IMG/VR virus record: IMGVR_UViG_3300037840_000148
Span: 46,832 to 110,831 of that record
From: a virus
Length of the DNA stretch: 64,000 nucleotides
Reading direction: 5' to 3' (one strand)
Both the position numbers and the translations under genes were made by a program. Positions 31,485-42,037 of the stretch are shown here, one piece after another. Positions within the stretch are counted from its first letter, which is position 1. Each line of letters begins with the position of its first letter. The notes beneath the pieces were generated by a model. The model ran no database searches. It worked only from the letters and a program-made list of their open reading frames with translations, and was not told the DNA's origin.

Positions 31485-34304
31485 TTATTTTACGGGACAA
31501 ATCCCGCCCTCACATTCCAAACCGTCTAGTCCGTCGCCTTCATCAATCCTGTCAATGTCGATAGGCTTGATTTTTTCTGACAACTGCTCGAATTGTTCTT
31601 TGGTAATTTTTTCCTTTGGAGCCTGTGCAAAACCGTGATCATTATGACATAGAAAGCTGATAGATTTAACTTCCTTTAAGTTATCTTGAACCCAATCCTT
31701 GATTTTATTAATTTCATTTTTATTATAGTAAACAGAAACAGATACACTTTGGTCGCTCCAATGCTTCTGTGCCATCTTATAGATATCCAACTGCTTCCAC
31801 GTATCCCAGTCCTCGTCTGCGACTGGTGAGCCGTCAGGAGCTTTGACATAAAAATCAACTACAAGCGTCCCGTGATCTAACGTACCGTCGAGTTTCTTGA
31901 CTGGCTCAATGCGGTGCCCGGCATTTCTCAGAAGCGGAATCAGGCTGTCATTCGCAGCAAACCTGATACGTTGAATAATATATCGACTGTATGCCGCGTG
32001 GATACCCTCATAGCCATTCATATCAAGAACCTTCGACACCGTGCCTGACGGCTTAATGACTGTCGTTCGAATACTCTTCGGTATTCCGAGTTCTTTCGAG
32101 TATTTTACATTCTCTTTCTGGATAGCTTCATAAGCCCGGTCCAAAATATCCGGGGTGAACAGCGATGAAGCAAGGCAGCCAGTAATACCAGTCCCGACAC
32201 GCCTGTTACGATCAATGACTTCTTGGATTTCTTCATGATGATATTTCTCCATCGTGACGCGCTTACCGTACCTATGCATCAAAACGGCAGCGCGAATAAA
32301 CTCTTCTTCTGATTCCAAATTAGGCAAAGCTATTTCCTGCAAATTACAAGGCTCGTTAGGCTCAAGCGTGGCTTCGCCACATTGGCCAGTTACCACGCCG
32401 TTAAAACAACCTAAATGACGTAAGGGCTCATTAAAGCAATAAACAAAATCGGCTATTCCGGCGTCAGATATCTGAACAACTTGATTAAATCTAGAAGCAT
32501 TACGATTAGGTTTAAAGTTAAGTATTTTAAGTCTTTCACAAACTAACCCGATTTTAATAAGGTTCTGAACATCCTCAGAACAAATCATCAATCGATATAA
32601 ATCCTGACAGTAATAATCTTTGTATCCTCCACAACCATCCGGCAAACTACGCATACCTTCACGCTCATCTTTATTTATCTTCGTCATTATCCCACAAGTC
32701 GTCAACATCATTTGTAACTCTAATAAAAACTTCTTATTAATAGATGATACTTGAACGCCGCCTTCTAGAGTAACAGTACCATCGCCGTCCATCAATCCGG
32801 CCAACCAATCCAATCGACTTTTAAGGCCCCACTCAAAGGGCACGAAAGATTTAGGTAGTTTATCAAAATTGGGATAAAGGGCAACTCTGCCGGAAGCATC
32901 GGCTTTACGAATGTTTCTATAGCCTAATCGATCTAAACACCCCGATTTTTCAGGATAGACATAAAAATAATTATAATCATCCATTCCTTCGGCCGATATG
33001 AATCCTTGTGTATACGCCCAACTAACAATTTTTTCATTATCCAAAATCGGGAAATTTGTCTTAATTAATTTCATACCAATTTTCAAATTTTCAGCTTTGA
33101 CTTTTTTGGTGCCCCCTTTATAATCTGTAGAAACTACAAAAACATGATGGGGAGTGCAAGTCAACGACTGTCCAGAACTAAAATTTATTGCCAACAACGG
33201 CTGTTGTTCACCTGTAATTTTAGGTCGAACCTTAGACCACTCAAACCCATTCCACACCATTATTTCTTTATCAATCAAACTTTCTATTGATAAATATCCT
33301 TTTGATGTTAAAACTAACGTATCGCCCGACACGCAAGGATTTACTCCTTCCGCCGAGTCTGATTTAGATTCTCCCATCCGACCAAATTTCTGGATTGCCT
33401 TCCGGTTGATTATTCCGAATGCCTCGCCTTGCTCAAACGTCTTCCAAAATAACGGATGCAAATCATCATAATCATCACAAACGACAGAATAATTAGCGCA
33501 TGAACGATAGCTAGGCAGAAGCCCGAGATCCCAACGCTTCGCCTTTAGATACTCTTTATCCCAACAATCACCAAGGATTATGATAGCCGACCTACGGACG
33601 TTGCCGGATACAACCATTTCGCCTGTACACGTAACGATATCCGCGGCGTCTATCGGACGGATATGATTACCCGCCCGGTCATTCAAAATACTAGATAAAT
33701 TACTGACAAATTGGATTAATGGAATCGGGCCTGATGCCAAACCACCAAAACCTTTGATTAATTCCCCCGAGCCTCTGAGACAATATGTTGAATAACAAAA
33801 AGATTTCCCTGTGACAAAATATGATTCCATGACGCGTCGAGTCAGTTCACACCAACCCTCACGGGAGTCAGGAACAATAAAGTCAGCGTCTTTCGTGTGC
33901 TTATGAGTAATTTTGACGTCCTTCTTGACCTTTGGAAGTTTACTCGTAAACCGATGCTCGACACTCATACCGACGCCGCCGCCTAACATCAATAAATCTT
34001 GAGCACGAACGAAATTTTCCCAGCGAATTGAATTGAGATACCAACAATTATTTAAAGCCACGCCACCGATAGCCGCATGCGCCGGACTACCAGAAAACCA
34101 CAAACCTCGGCCTGCCGGAATAGCCTTCCGCTCAATTCCAAAACGCAGGAGATCTTTGACTTCCTGTTCTGGGACATTATGACCTTTGACGTTTCCCATA
34201 ATCGTCCGCTCGATTATTTCCTGCCAATTTTCTAATTTGCCTGTATCTTTTCTGGCGTATGTCCGACGCGTAACAATCGCTGCTAGATTACTCCAATCCG
34301 TCAT
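31485..34304 (-). CDS. nrdJ: class II (B12-dependent) ribonucleotide reductase with intein
   Basis: PAGRGLW, NNC, GGGVG, NVRRSA, NP|CGE, KPSGT, C-terminal CEGGICPVK. Confidence 0.92.
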   Translation of the reverse strand: MTDWSNLAAIVTRRTYARKDTGKLENWQEIIERTIMGNVKGHNVPEQEVKDLLRFGIERKAIPAGRGLWFSGSPAHAAIGGVALNNCWYLNSIRWENFVRAQDLLMLGGGVGMSVEHRFTSKLPKVKKDVKITHKHTKDADFIVPDSREGWCELTRRVMESYFVTGKSFCYSTYCLRGSGELIKGFGGLASGPIPLIQFVSNLSSILNDRAGNHIRPIDAADIVTCTGEMVVSGNVRRSAIIILGDCWDKEYLKAKRWDLGLLPSYRSCANYSVVCDDYDDLHPLFWKTFEQGEAFGIINRKAIQKFGRMGESKSDSAEGVNPCVSGDTLVLTSKGYLSIESLIDKEIMVWNGFEWSKVRPKITGEQQPLLAINFSSGQSLTCTPHHVFVVSTDYKGGTKKVKAENLKIGMKLIKTNFPILDNEKIVSWAYTQGFISAEGMDDYNYFYVYPEKSGCLDRLGYRNIRKADASGRVALYPNFDKLPKSFVPFEWGLKSRLDWLAGLMDGDGTVTLEGGVQVSSINKKFLLELQMMLTTCGIMTKINKDEREGMRSLPDGCGGYKDYYCQDLYRLMICSEDVQNLIKIGLVCERLKILNFKPNRNASRFNQVVQISDAGIADFVYCFNEPLRHLGCFNGVVTGQCGEATLEPNEPCNLQEIALPNLESEEEFIRAAVLMHRYGKRVTMEKYHHEEIQEVIDRNRRVGTGITGCLASSLFTPDILDRAYEAIQKENVKYSKELGIPKSIRTTVIKPSGTVSKVLDMNGYEGIHAAYSRYIIQRIRFAANDSLIPLLRNAGHRIEPVKKLDGTLDHGTLVVDFYVKAPDGSPVADEDWDTWKQLDIYKMAQKHWSDQSVSVSVYYNKNEINKIKDWVQDNLKEVKSISFLCHNDHGFAQAPKEKITKEQFEQLSEKIKPIDIDRIDEGDGLDGLECEGGICPVK
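32382..33335 (-). mobile_element. LAGLIDADG intein (318 aa) in RNR
   Basis: starts CVSGDT; CTPHH; WLAGLMDGDG; ends FNGVVTGQ before catalytic Cys. Confidence 0.9.
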
Positions 34305-34972
34305 CGTGGCTTCCTCAGATTATCAATTTGTCGTGCGTTCGGTTCTATATCGTCATACAAAATCGGTATTCTTTCTTTAAATTCGGCTAACAACGGAATC
34401 GTGACTCGACGAAAATCGGGGTGTGTTTCTTTGCTGGTTCTCATTAGAAGAAAATGATGCCAGTTTCTTAAATTCCCCGTCACGGCAATCGTGCTTGCAA
34501 GACTGTTAGGTAAAACAGATCTGGCTTCTTGCGGTCTGACACCCGCGTCTAATAAACGAAAATATTCGTGCTCACAACTTTGACATGCGTTATGCCAGAC
34601 AATTTTTATTCCGCCGTTTTCACTATTTTTTATTTCCTCTGGCTCAATAAACTCCAAACCGTCCGGATAGCTTTTCCTGCCGTTTACAAATCGCGTCGAC
34701 TCTTGTGTAAAACTAAACAATCTATGCCTAACTAGCTCGTGTGTTATTCCGCGGTCGACACGAAACAGAACGGTTGCAGACTCATGCTCAACAACTGACC
34801 AATCTCCGTGCTCCATCACGACTGCCGGAATAAAACGTTTCCAAGAATCTAGTGTTTGTTTGTCTTCCGACCTGTGACTAATCCTAGCCATCAATTCTAT
34901 AAACTGTAATTGTCCGATCCCTTCGTCTGGACCGGGATGGACTATTTCTGCGCTCGGTTCTATTATTTTCAT
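34301..34972 (-). CDS. thyX: flavin-dependent thymidylate synthase
   Basis: HELVRHRLFSFTQESTR, EARSVLPN, NLRNW. Confidence 0.93.
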   Translation of the reverse strand: MKIIEPSAEIVHPGPDEGIGQLQFIELMARISHRSEDKQTLDSWKRFIPAVVMEHGDWSVVEHESATVLFRVDRGITHELVRHRLFSFTQESTRFVNGRKSYPDGLEFIEPEEIKNSENGGIKIVWHNACQSCEHEYFRLLDAGVRPQEARSVLPNSLASTIAVTGNLRNWHHFLLMRTSKETHPDFRRVTIPLLAEFKERIPILYDDIEPNARQIDNLRKPR

Positions 34973-37002
34973 TAATCATCCCCCTCTTCCGGAGCCTGCA
35001 ATAAAGTCACAACCTTTGGGTCTGTCTTCGTGCCTTTCCCCGTAACTACAATCTGACCTGCTGTAATGAGACCTTTAAACGACGTACCCCACAAACTAGT
35101 TCCGTAACGCTCCGGATGGAGATGCCTTTTTATATCTCGGTGCGTCGACATCCCGCCCGGTTGACTCAATAAGTAATCGACTATTTCGTTTTGAATTCCG
35201 GCTTCTCTTGTTATCGACTCATTTGGACGGAGTTTTTTCTTGACGGCTTGCTCATATTCAACTAAAGCTAATCCGCGTTCGATACACTCCTCGTCAATCT
35301 CATCCCGGCCGAGGTCTACCGCGAAATACAAAGCAAATTTCTCTGCCCTGATTTCCTGTCTGTTTTCTAGTGCGTTCGGACCTGTCATCCTGTCTGCCAA
35401 CGGTGACGAATCTGTGATTTTATAAACACCTTTCTGGATGGCGCGATCTATCAATTTTCTTGTTTCCATTGCACCCTCCTGTGTATTAACCGCGACTGGC
35501 GGCGTGACGTCCTTCAACTTTTCTGGTTGATAAAGAAAAAACATCCTGTCGTTCAGACCACTCGTGACGCCGGACATTTTGCCCCACAATGTTTTGAAGT
35601 TCCTGTCAGTACAGCAGGCAATCAGGCTCGTGCAATACGTCCCGGGGTCAAGTGAATACGTTTCCTTCCGTGATTTAATCATATTAGAAAACTTATCGCC
35701 TTCATACAACGTCAAAAGATTTGAAACGAGCGTACTGCCTTCAATCCCGGCTTTATTCGTCAGGACTGAAAGTTCGTCGTAAAATAGCACGAAGTTTTTA
35801 CAGTTGACACGTTGAGCCTCAATACCTAATCCCTCGGGACTACCCGCTGTGAATATCAACGTCTTGCCTTCCGCATTACGGATTGTCGGGCCGCCGTGTT
35901 CAAGCAATCCCATGAACGTAAAGTACCGCATTGCGTCCTTGACACTCGACGACTTAATTACTCGGCCCTTCTGCCCAATCAAGACAATGAACAGGCTTGG
36001 GTTAATTTCTTTTCCCTCAATTCGGACTCTCGTGCCGAGATAATTTAACATTAAAGTTATAGCTGGCATCGCCATAAATTCTTCATATCGACTATTCTTT
36101 TCACAAAATGGACGAACCAAACCATTATATATCGACGTGCCTTGTAACGTCCAAATAGGAAAGCGAGGGTAAGGCGGAATAATAAATTCCTGCTTCTCTT
36201 CCGCTTCCTCGACAGCGATTTCTTCCTGCTGACCGCCGACCAAAACGATATTATTCTTGACTTCATATTTCCCGACAGACTTCGCCATTGCGCGGACTTT
36301 ATCGTCGTCAATCGGACCTTGGCAATTTTCATGTACCTTGCGAAGCAGGACAGTTTCTATTTCATCGACTTCCAGACCTAATGCACGGAGTTTTCCGGCT
36401 TCGGTCAACATGTATGAGTGAATCATTCCATGTTGAATTAGTCCGGTTGGTTTCGGCTCTTCTTTTGTTTCTATCTTGTCTGATTTTTGGGCACGCAACC
36501 AATCAAGAAGCCAAATTGGCGCTTCCGCGATATCCGCAGTAGAAACAACTTCGTATGGAAGTCCGGTTGCTGGATGCAAAGAATTCGCGGCGACTACATA
36601 TTGGTTCTCAACGCGAAGACTGAAATCGGCATTCTTGACATTTCCTTGAGCTAAGTTGCCGAGTTGTAAACTTTCTATTCGTTGTTTGAAGTAGGCGTGT
36701 CCACGCCCGACGCGACTTCGAATTCGATATGTCTTAGGAAATTTCTGGCCTGTTTCGGCTTCGATTCGAGGAATAACGGATGGATCATCTACTTCAAGAA
36801 AGAATACACCACCTAATTGCGGAAGCGCGACTGCGGCGCAATTAGCGTCTGGTGTTTCTTCATTCCATTTCTTGATAATTTCTAAATCCGTCGTGGCGAG
36901 CGCAGGCCAATTATTATCCATTGCGACCTTTGAGTTAGGATGCAGACGTATAACTGGGACTCCACGGGCAATAGTAACGGCGGCTTTTTCCAAAAAATTC
37001 AA
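34972..37002 (-). CDS. bifunctional primase-polymerase domain fused to DUF3987-like helicase domain
   Basis: LEVDD, GRGHAYF, YVVAANSLHP.TG; PriCT-like segment; C-terminal DE, GL..R. Confidence 0.75.
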   Translation of the reverse strand: MNFLEKAAVTIARGVPVIRLHPNSKVAMDNNWPALATTDLEIIKKWNEETPDANCAAVALPQLGGVFFLEVDDPSVIPRIEAETGQKFPKTYRIRSRVGRGHAYFKQRIESLQLGNLAQGNVKNADFSLRVENQYVVAANSLHPATGLPYEVVSTADIAEAPIWLLDWLRAQKSDKIETKEEPKPTGLIQHGMIHSYMLTEAGKLRALGLEVDEIETVLLRKVHENCQGPIDDDKVRAMAKSVGKYEVKNNIVLVGGQQEEIAVEEAEEKQEFIIPPYPRFPIWTLQGTSIYNGLVRPFCEKNSRYEEFMAMPAITLMLNYLGTRVRIEGKEINPSLFIVLIGQKGRVIKSSSVKDAMRYFTFMGLLEHGGPTIRNAEGKTLIFTAGSPEGLGIEAQRVNCKNFVLFYDELSVLTNKAGIEGSTLVSNLLTLYEGDKFSNMIKSRKETYSLDPGTYCTSLIACCTDRNFKTLWGKMSGVTSGLNDRMFFLYQPEKLKDVTPPVAVNTQEGAMETRKLIDRAIQKGVYKITDSSPLADRMTGPNALENRQEIRAEKFALYFAVDLGRDEIDEECIERGLALVEYEQAVKKKLRPNESITREAGIQNEIVDYLLSQPGGMSTHRDIKRHLHPERYGTSLWGTSFKGLITAGQIVVTGKGTKTDPKVVTLLQAPEEGDD

Positions 37003-37550
37003 AGATTATTCTCTTTTCTCAAAACCCAAATAAGCCATCGAGAAACATTAAACTTCTTAGACGTTTCCGAAATTGTATGCTTAATAGAAAACCTAAAAAT
37101 TTTCTTACGAAATAATAAAGAATATTTTAATGGTGCTTTAAAAGGAGGAATGTTAAATTCTCTCTGCCAACGAGTTAATGATTCTACGTTTACCATAAAT
37201 TTTAGGCGGGCTTTACGTCGGCCAACTTTAGAAGCGTATTTGGCAGCTTTTAATCGGAACTTTTCAGGATATCTAAAAAGTTCTTGACACAAAGAAATCA
37301 TTCTCTGATTACATAATGTACAAAGAGGTATATACTTATTTTTAGGATTTTTCATCCGAAGCACTTTAAAATAAAGACTACGACCCCTAAATTTATCTTT
37401 CTTTAAATGTCCTATTTGAATATCTCCGATTGATAAAAATTTTTTACTTATTGGACAAGGTTTTCCTCCTAATTTTTTCAAACCCTCGCAATATAAAAAT
37501 CTACCACAAAGACGCCAAACAGCCTCTTCTCTAAAATAAGACGTATCCAT
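36999..37550 (-). CDS. degenerate HNH-like protein
   Basis: IGH...YIPLCTLCNQ; AT-rich; own TTGACT-17-TATAAT promoter. Confidence 0.5.
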   Translation of the reverse strand: MDTSYFREEAVWRLCGRFLYCEGLKKLGGKPCPISKKFLSIGDIQIGHLKKDKFRGRSLYFKVLRMKNPKNKYIPLCTLCNQRMISLCQELFRYPEKFRLKAAKYASKVGRRKARLKFMVNVESLTRWQREFNIPPFKAPLKYSLLFRKKIFRFSIKHTISETSKKFNVSRWLIWVLRKENNL

Positions 37551-37622
37551 TATTCACCTTAAGGATTATACTTCAGTCTCTCCTGAAAGTCAAGTCTTAT
37601 TTAGGTGACTTTCCCTTTATAC

Positions 37623-38174
37623 TTAAAAAGGTATTTCAGAATCGTCTACTGCAACCGCGGCAGATGCAGCATGCGTCTGAGTCTGTACCGCTGTACCACC
37701 TACCTTTGCTGCAGCCCGTGCGGCAATCTTCTTCGGGTCATCTTTGTCACGAATGAACCCTGCGGGTGCTGTCGGTGGCGTCTTACCGGCTGGCACCGGC
37801 ATGAAGCCCTTGATATTTGTGAACTCGCCTTCTTTAGCAAGGAATAGCGCGTTGCTACGTCCGACGAGATCTTCCGTGTTGAAAGGCACAGGAGGTGCGC
37901 CTTGGAAAACGCCTTCACAGATTTCGTAAAGACGGCTTTTCTTTGTATTGCCGCCGCCGTCACTCAACTTCGCGGTCGGTTGTTCGATGATGCGGTACGG
38001 ATGTCCTTCTGAATCGTTCCGATCCAAAACCCACACAATCCTGACGCGAACTTGCGGGTCAGGAAACTTCGGGTTCTTGGATGCGACGAGTCCTAATTCA
38101 ACTACGTCGATGATTGTCCCGAGAAATACTCCTGCGTCCGGCTTTTCAAATTTACGTCCCTTGTCGATAATCAT
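37623..38174 (-). CDS. single-stranded DNA-binding protein
   Basis: acidic C-terminal tail DDSEIPF; lies in replication module. Confidence 0.65.
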   Translation of the reverse strand: MIIDKGRKFEKPDAGVFLGTIIDVVELGLVASKNPKFPDPQVRVRIVWVLDRNDSEGHPYRIIEQPTAKLSDGGGNTKKSRLYEICEGVFQGAPPVPFNTEDLVGRSNALFLAKEGEFTNIKGFMPVPAGKTPPTAPAGFIRDKDDPKKIAARAAAKVGGTAVQTQTHAASAAVAVDDSEIPF

Positions 38175-38216
38175 AACTCTCCTTGTTTGCGCTGTGCGCT
38201 CTGAGTTTTTACTACT

Positions 38217-38912
38217 TTACTTACTTTCAACAGTTGTTGAAACTGTCGAATCTGGTGAAACTTCCTGCTTAGCCTTAATTCGATCCTCGGCTGTAAAATT
38301 AACCGCACAAGGATCAAAACTTGATGGAGCATACTTCCATACATCCGTTAATGCCGCGACACTTCCCGTTGCTGATCGCATACCTTTCGCGCCGACATAC
38401 GACAATGAATGACCGGCATTGATGTTATACGAACTTCCAGTCAAAACGGCGTCTTGATTAGCTGCTAGGAATACAAATAACCACTTGTATGTTTCTGTCT
38501 GTTGTTTAATCAGCGCGGCGACAGATTCATGATTAAATTCCCGGCTTGAGTTTTCCTCGCCGTCCGTAAGAATCACAACGATAACTTTACCCGGCCGTTC
38601 TGCTTCCGGAAGTTTAGCTAGCCGTGTACCAAGTTCTGTCACGGTCCAGCCGATTGCGTCATGCAGCGGTGTTCCGCCACGAGGGACGTAATTGTATGGA
38701 CTGATATAAACCGCGTCCTTAATTTTTCCATCTGACACAACATCGTGCGGGCCTTCTGTGTCAAATTGAACGAACAGAAGATTGATATCATCGCCCGAAT
38801 CTTGTTGCTGCTTGATGTAACCGTTGAAAGCCTCAATTGTGGCTTCGCGGACGGTTGCCATCGAGCCTGACCTGTCTAAAACGATTGCGATTTGTGTTAA
38901 GTTTTCTTTCAT
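38217..38912 (-). CDS. von Willebrand factor A domain protein
   Basis: LDRSGSM MIDAS, GGTPLHDAIG, LTDGEENSS. Confidence 0.9.
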   Translation of the reverse strand: MKENLTQIAIVLDRSGSMATVREATIEAFNGYIKQQQDSGDDINLLFVQFDTEGPHDVVSDGKIKDAVYISPYNYVPRGGTPLHDAIGWTVTELGTRLAKLPEAERPGKVIVVILTDGEENSSREFNHESVAALIKQQTETYKWLFVFLAANQDAVLTGSSYNINAGHSLSYVGAKGMRSATGSVAALTDVWKYAPSSFDPCAVNFTAEDRIKAKQEVSPDSTVSTTVESK

Positions 38913-38921
38913 TTCTTCTCC

Positions 38922-39662
38922 TTATAAGTCTTGAAATTCCTCGATATTTTCCCTGTGAACCGAGACATCAAACGGTAAATCCTTAACAAAATTTTCTAAA
39001 TCAATTTCTTTGCACCACTTCCACCACACGGTTCGAGACGGATACCACCTGAATCGCGCCTTCTTCGCTAATTCATTTTCATGCCGTGCTTGATGGGCTT
39101 GAACGACTACCATCGGGGATTTGGCACGCTCGATGATTTTATTCAAATCATATTTCTCAATTAATTTCAACGCCGTTTGGCAATCCGCCAACGCCGAATG
39201 TGCCCAATAATTTAAAAATCCGGCATTCGCAGCCATCAGCGTCAACTTACCGGGCTCATTTTCATTTCCAAATTCATCCATCTTAGGGAGGTCAGTGTAC
39301 GTATCACACCACAGCTTCTCTGGTAATTCCACACCTTCACGAGCCGCCCACGCTTTAGTCATCCGTTTATCAAATCGGACAACGTTGTGTCCTAAAACTA
39401 AATCCGCCGCAGACATCATGTCTGTCACGATTGCTAACGAATCACTACTATCAAAACCAAAACCGTCGATGGCTGATTGATGTATGCCTGTCAACTTCGT
39501 GATCTCTGCCGATACTGGGACGTCTGCCTTGACTAGAAAACCTTGTGACTCAAGGCATTTCTTTTGACCTGTACTGTACAACACGGCCCCGACTTCTATT
39601 GGCCTGTCATTGACAAAGTCGAGGCCGGTTGTCTCAAGGTCGTAAGAAAAAATTATGCTCAA
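38922..39662 (-). CDS. DnaQ-like 3'-5' exonuclease
   Basis: DLETTG, GHN..FD, AHSALAD. Confidence 0.88.
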   Translation of the reverse strand: MSIIFSYDLETTGLDFVNDRPIEVGAVLYSTGQKKCLESQGFLVKADVPVSAEITKLTGIHQSAIDGFGFDSSDSLAIVTDMMSAADLVLGHNVVRFDKRMTKAWAAREGVELPEKLWCDTYTDLPKMDEFGNENEPGKLTLMAANAGFLNYWAHSALADCQTALKLIEKYDLNKIIERAKSPMVVVQAHQARHENELAKKARFRWYPSRTVWWKWCKEIDLENFVKDLPFDVSVHRENIEEFQDL

Positions 39663-40012
39663 TTTGGTTTCACCAAAGTCCCGTTAATTAGTTGTGCCGT
39701 GCCATCAACGCCGACTGTCGGAATCTCTCCGATAATTTCCTTCGTCTTCGTGGATATGTGGCTCAGCATGTGCAACGGGACCAAAATTCGGCTGTCTAGG
39801 GTCGGCTTTCCCGGGACTTCAACGCCGCCGGGGTCGCGGGGACAAATCATGCAGTGCTGGCCAACGAAGACCTTACTCATTTCGTTGATGTTGTAGCGAA
39901 GCTCGTCTTCGTCTTTGACGTTCCAGATGAAATCGGCGAAGATTTCCTTCGGGAAATTCTCTGGACGAATCTCTTCATTGACATGCCCGGTAAAACGAAC
40001 GTAGTAAAACAC
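39659..40012 (-). CDS. hypothetical protein
   Basis: 117-aa ORF in chain. Confidence 0.55.
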   Translation of the reverse strand: MFYYVRFTGHVNEEIRPENFPKEIFADFIWNVKDEDELRYNINEMSKVFVGQHCMICPRDPGGVEVPGKPTLDSRILVPLHMLSHISTKTKEIIGEIPTVGVDGTAQLINGTLVKPN

Positions 40013-40021
40013 TCAGCCCCC

Positions 40022-40306
40022 TTACTTCAATCGTCCTAGGATATCTTCTTCGCGAAGAATCAACAGCTTCTCTCCATCCAGTTCAATCTCCGTACCGCTG
40101 TACTTCCCGAATAACACTTTGTCACCAAATTTGACATCCAACGGCACGAACAGGTTATTAAGAACCTTCCCGGGGCCGACTGCGATAACGAGCCCTTGTT
40201 GAGGTTTCTCTTTGCCTGTCTCAGGAATAAACAGGCCGCCCGGCGTGACTTCGTCCGGATCAATTCGGCTTACAACTACGCGGTCTCCTAACGGATCTAT
40301 CTGCAT
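40022..40306 (-). CDS. groES: co-chaperonin GroES
   Basis: PLGDRVVV, GGLFIP, KEKPQQG.VIAVGPG, FGKYSGTE, REEDILG. Confidence 0.95.
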   Translation of the reverse strand: MQIDPLGDRVVVSRIDPDEVTPGGLFIPETGKEKPQQGLVIAVGPGKVLNNLFVPLDVKFGDKVLFGKYSGTEIELDGEKLLILREEDILGRLK

Positions 40307-40719
40307 TTTTCCTCCACAAATTTATTTATAAACTTCCTAGACATAAATTCATGACCTTTTAATTTTAAAATTTTATATGCTATTTCTAGTGTCTGAAAAG
40401 TCCAATCTAATCCATTCACATCAATTACATCATACATAGCAAGAGCATCAATTTCATTAGGGACATACTCAGGGTGCTTTTTCATCCATTTCTGCGCCAC
40501 CATTCGCTGACGTGTTTCTTCTATCGTTGTTCGCATTATTCTCTGGTTTGGCTTCCGAGATATTCAATTCCGTTTCTAACCTCGTCATCCGTCATGATTA
40601 CAATAACGTCGTTGCCAAAAGCATTTTTTACCTCCATAATTTGAATATTAGCTTTTCTAGAAACAACCAATACTGCTACTTCCGTTGGTTTCTTTTCTTT
40701 ATTTTTAAAAAACATATCA

Positions 40720-41079
40720 TTATCCTAGATGCACCTTAGCAGGTGCTCCTTCCTTCATAGCCTTAGTTGCTTCTTCTCGCGCTTTGGCTGCTGCCGCGGC
40801 TGCCTCAATCTGGGCTTTAGCACTACCTTGCGCTAGATCGACCTTTGGTGCTTCCGGGATATTGTGCTGCTTTGTTTCAATCCCGGCTATCTCACAAAGA
40901 TCACTGCAGTACCCAAACGTCACACCATCGCCTCGCAGGACAGGACGATACGACTTAATCCACGGATTTTCGTCGATGATTGTCTGTGGTAAATTACGAT
41001 TCGGGATGACTTCAAACGTCACAGTCTTTTTACAGATGTCGCACGTCAAAGTGGTAAATTGTGTATCTATTCTCGCCAT
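40720..41079 (-). CDS. hypothetical Zn-binding protein
   Basis: CDIC...YCSDLC. Confidence 0.55.
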   Translation of the reverse strand: MARIDTQFTTLTCDICKKTVTFEVIPNRNLPQTIIDENPWIKSYRPVLRGDGVTFGYCSDLCEIAGIETKQHNIPEAPKVDLAQGSAKAQIEAAAAAAKAREEATKAMKEGAPAKVHLG

Positions 41080-41094
41080 TACTGTATTCTCCTA

Positions 41095-41493
41095 TTAGAT
41101 ATTATTTAAAAAATCCAAAGCTTCGTCCCAATTACTAACGTGATTCACTTCCGGCAAATGATGAAAGATGTTTTCTTCTGGTCCTACTACTAGGATATTC
41201 TTACCCTTTGCTAAGGCATATCCAAACTCAACGTGCCTACCGCCTCGGACTGTCGGGATGGTCGGCTCGACGGAATGAAAAACAAACCAATCCGCCAAAT
41301 CGATATCACGAAGATCGTTATTGGCATAATCTGTCAGAGTATCAACGTGTATCTCGCTCATCTCTGTCCCGGGGTGATGCGTTTCTTCTAGCCACGTTGA
41401 TGTCACGCCGATTCCGTTATTTCGGAAAATCTCGGCCTGCTCGGAGATTTCAAGCTTCTCGCTGTATCTGGCCGCTAGATATACTTTACACAT
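41095..41493 (-). CDS. nucleoside 2-deoxyribosyltransferase-like protein
   Basis: KVYLAA, DLRDIDLAD, GGRHVEFGYA. Confidence 0.75.
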   Translation of the reverse strand: MCKVYLAARYSEKLEISEQAEIFRNNGIGVTSTWLEETHHPGTEMSEIHVDTLTDYANNDLRDIDLADWFVFHSVEPTIPTVRGGRHVEFGYALAKGKNILVVGPEENIFHHLPEVNHVSNWDEALDFLNNI

Positions 41494-42037
41494 GCAAACC
41501 CCTTATGTACTCAACAATCGTGATAGCGATCTCGCCTGTCAAAACAGGATTCTTTGATACGATCTCGAAGTCGAAGTTATAATCGTCTAAATCTATTTCA
41601 CTCGGATGATCTGCCGGTCTATCAGGCGCAACGTATCGTGTGCCATCTTGATTCAGACGAGTCATCCTGATAAGATACCCGCCCTTCGCTTTAATGATGT
41701 CGCCTTCATTCTTATATCGGACATCCGGAATCACGACAATATCAGTTCCCTGCGGAATTGCCGCAAAAACCTTTTTGATCCAATACTCAGGATCTTCTTG
41801 TCTTCGCGCATGACCGACTTTCTGAAGTAACGGTGCATCCTTGTCAGTCATGCCGTGCAATTCTCGGCACTCACGATACAAAGCGTCCGCAAACCCAATC
41901 TTGACTACCTTCGGGCCGACGTATCGCAGGCCGTGTTTATACATCGCCTGCGAATGCGTCAAGTAGTAATTAAGAATAGCTTCGGCTGCTGTATCTTTAC
42001 CTTGCCTCGCTTTTGAACCGATGCCTACGATTATCAT
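41486..42037 (-). CDS. deoxynucleoside monophosphate kinase
   Basis: GSKARQGKDT, FADAL, LQ.VG, DVRYKNE, HPSE. Confidence 0.85.
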   Translation of the reverse strand: MIIVGIGSKARQGKDTAAEAILNYYLTHSQAMYKHGLRYVGPKVVKIGFADALYRECRELHGMTDKDAPLLQKVGHARRQEDPEYWIKKVFAAIPQGTDIVVIPDVRYKNEGDIIKAKGGYLIRMTRLNQDGTRYVAPDRPADHPSEIDLDDYNFDFEIVSKNPVLTGEIAITIVEYIRGLHV

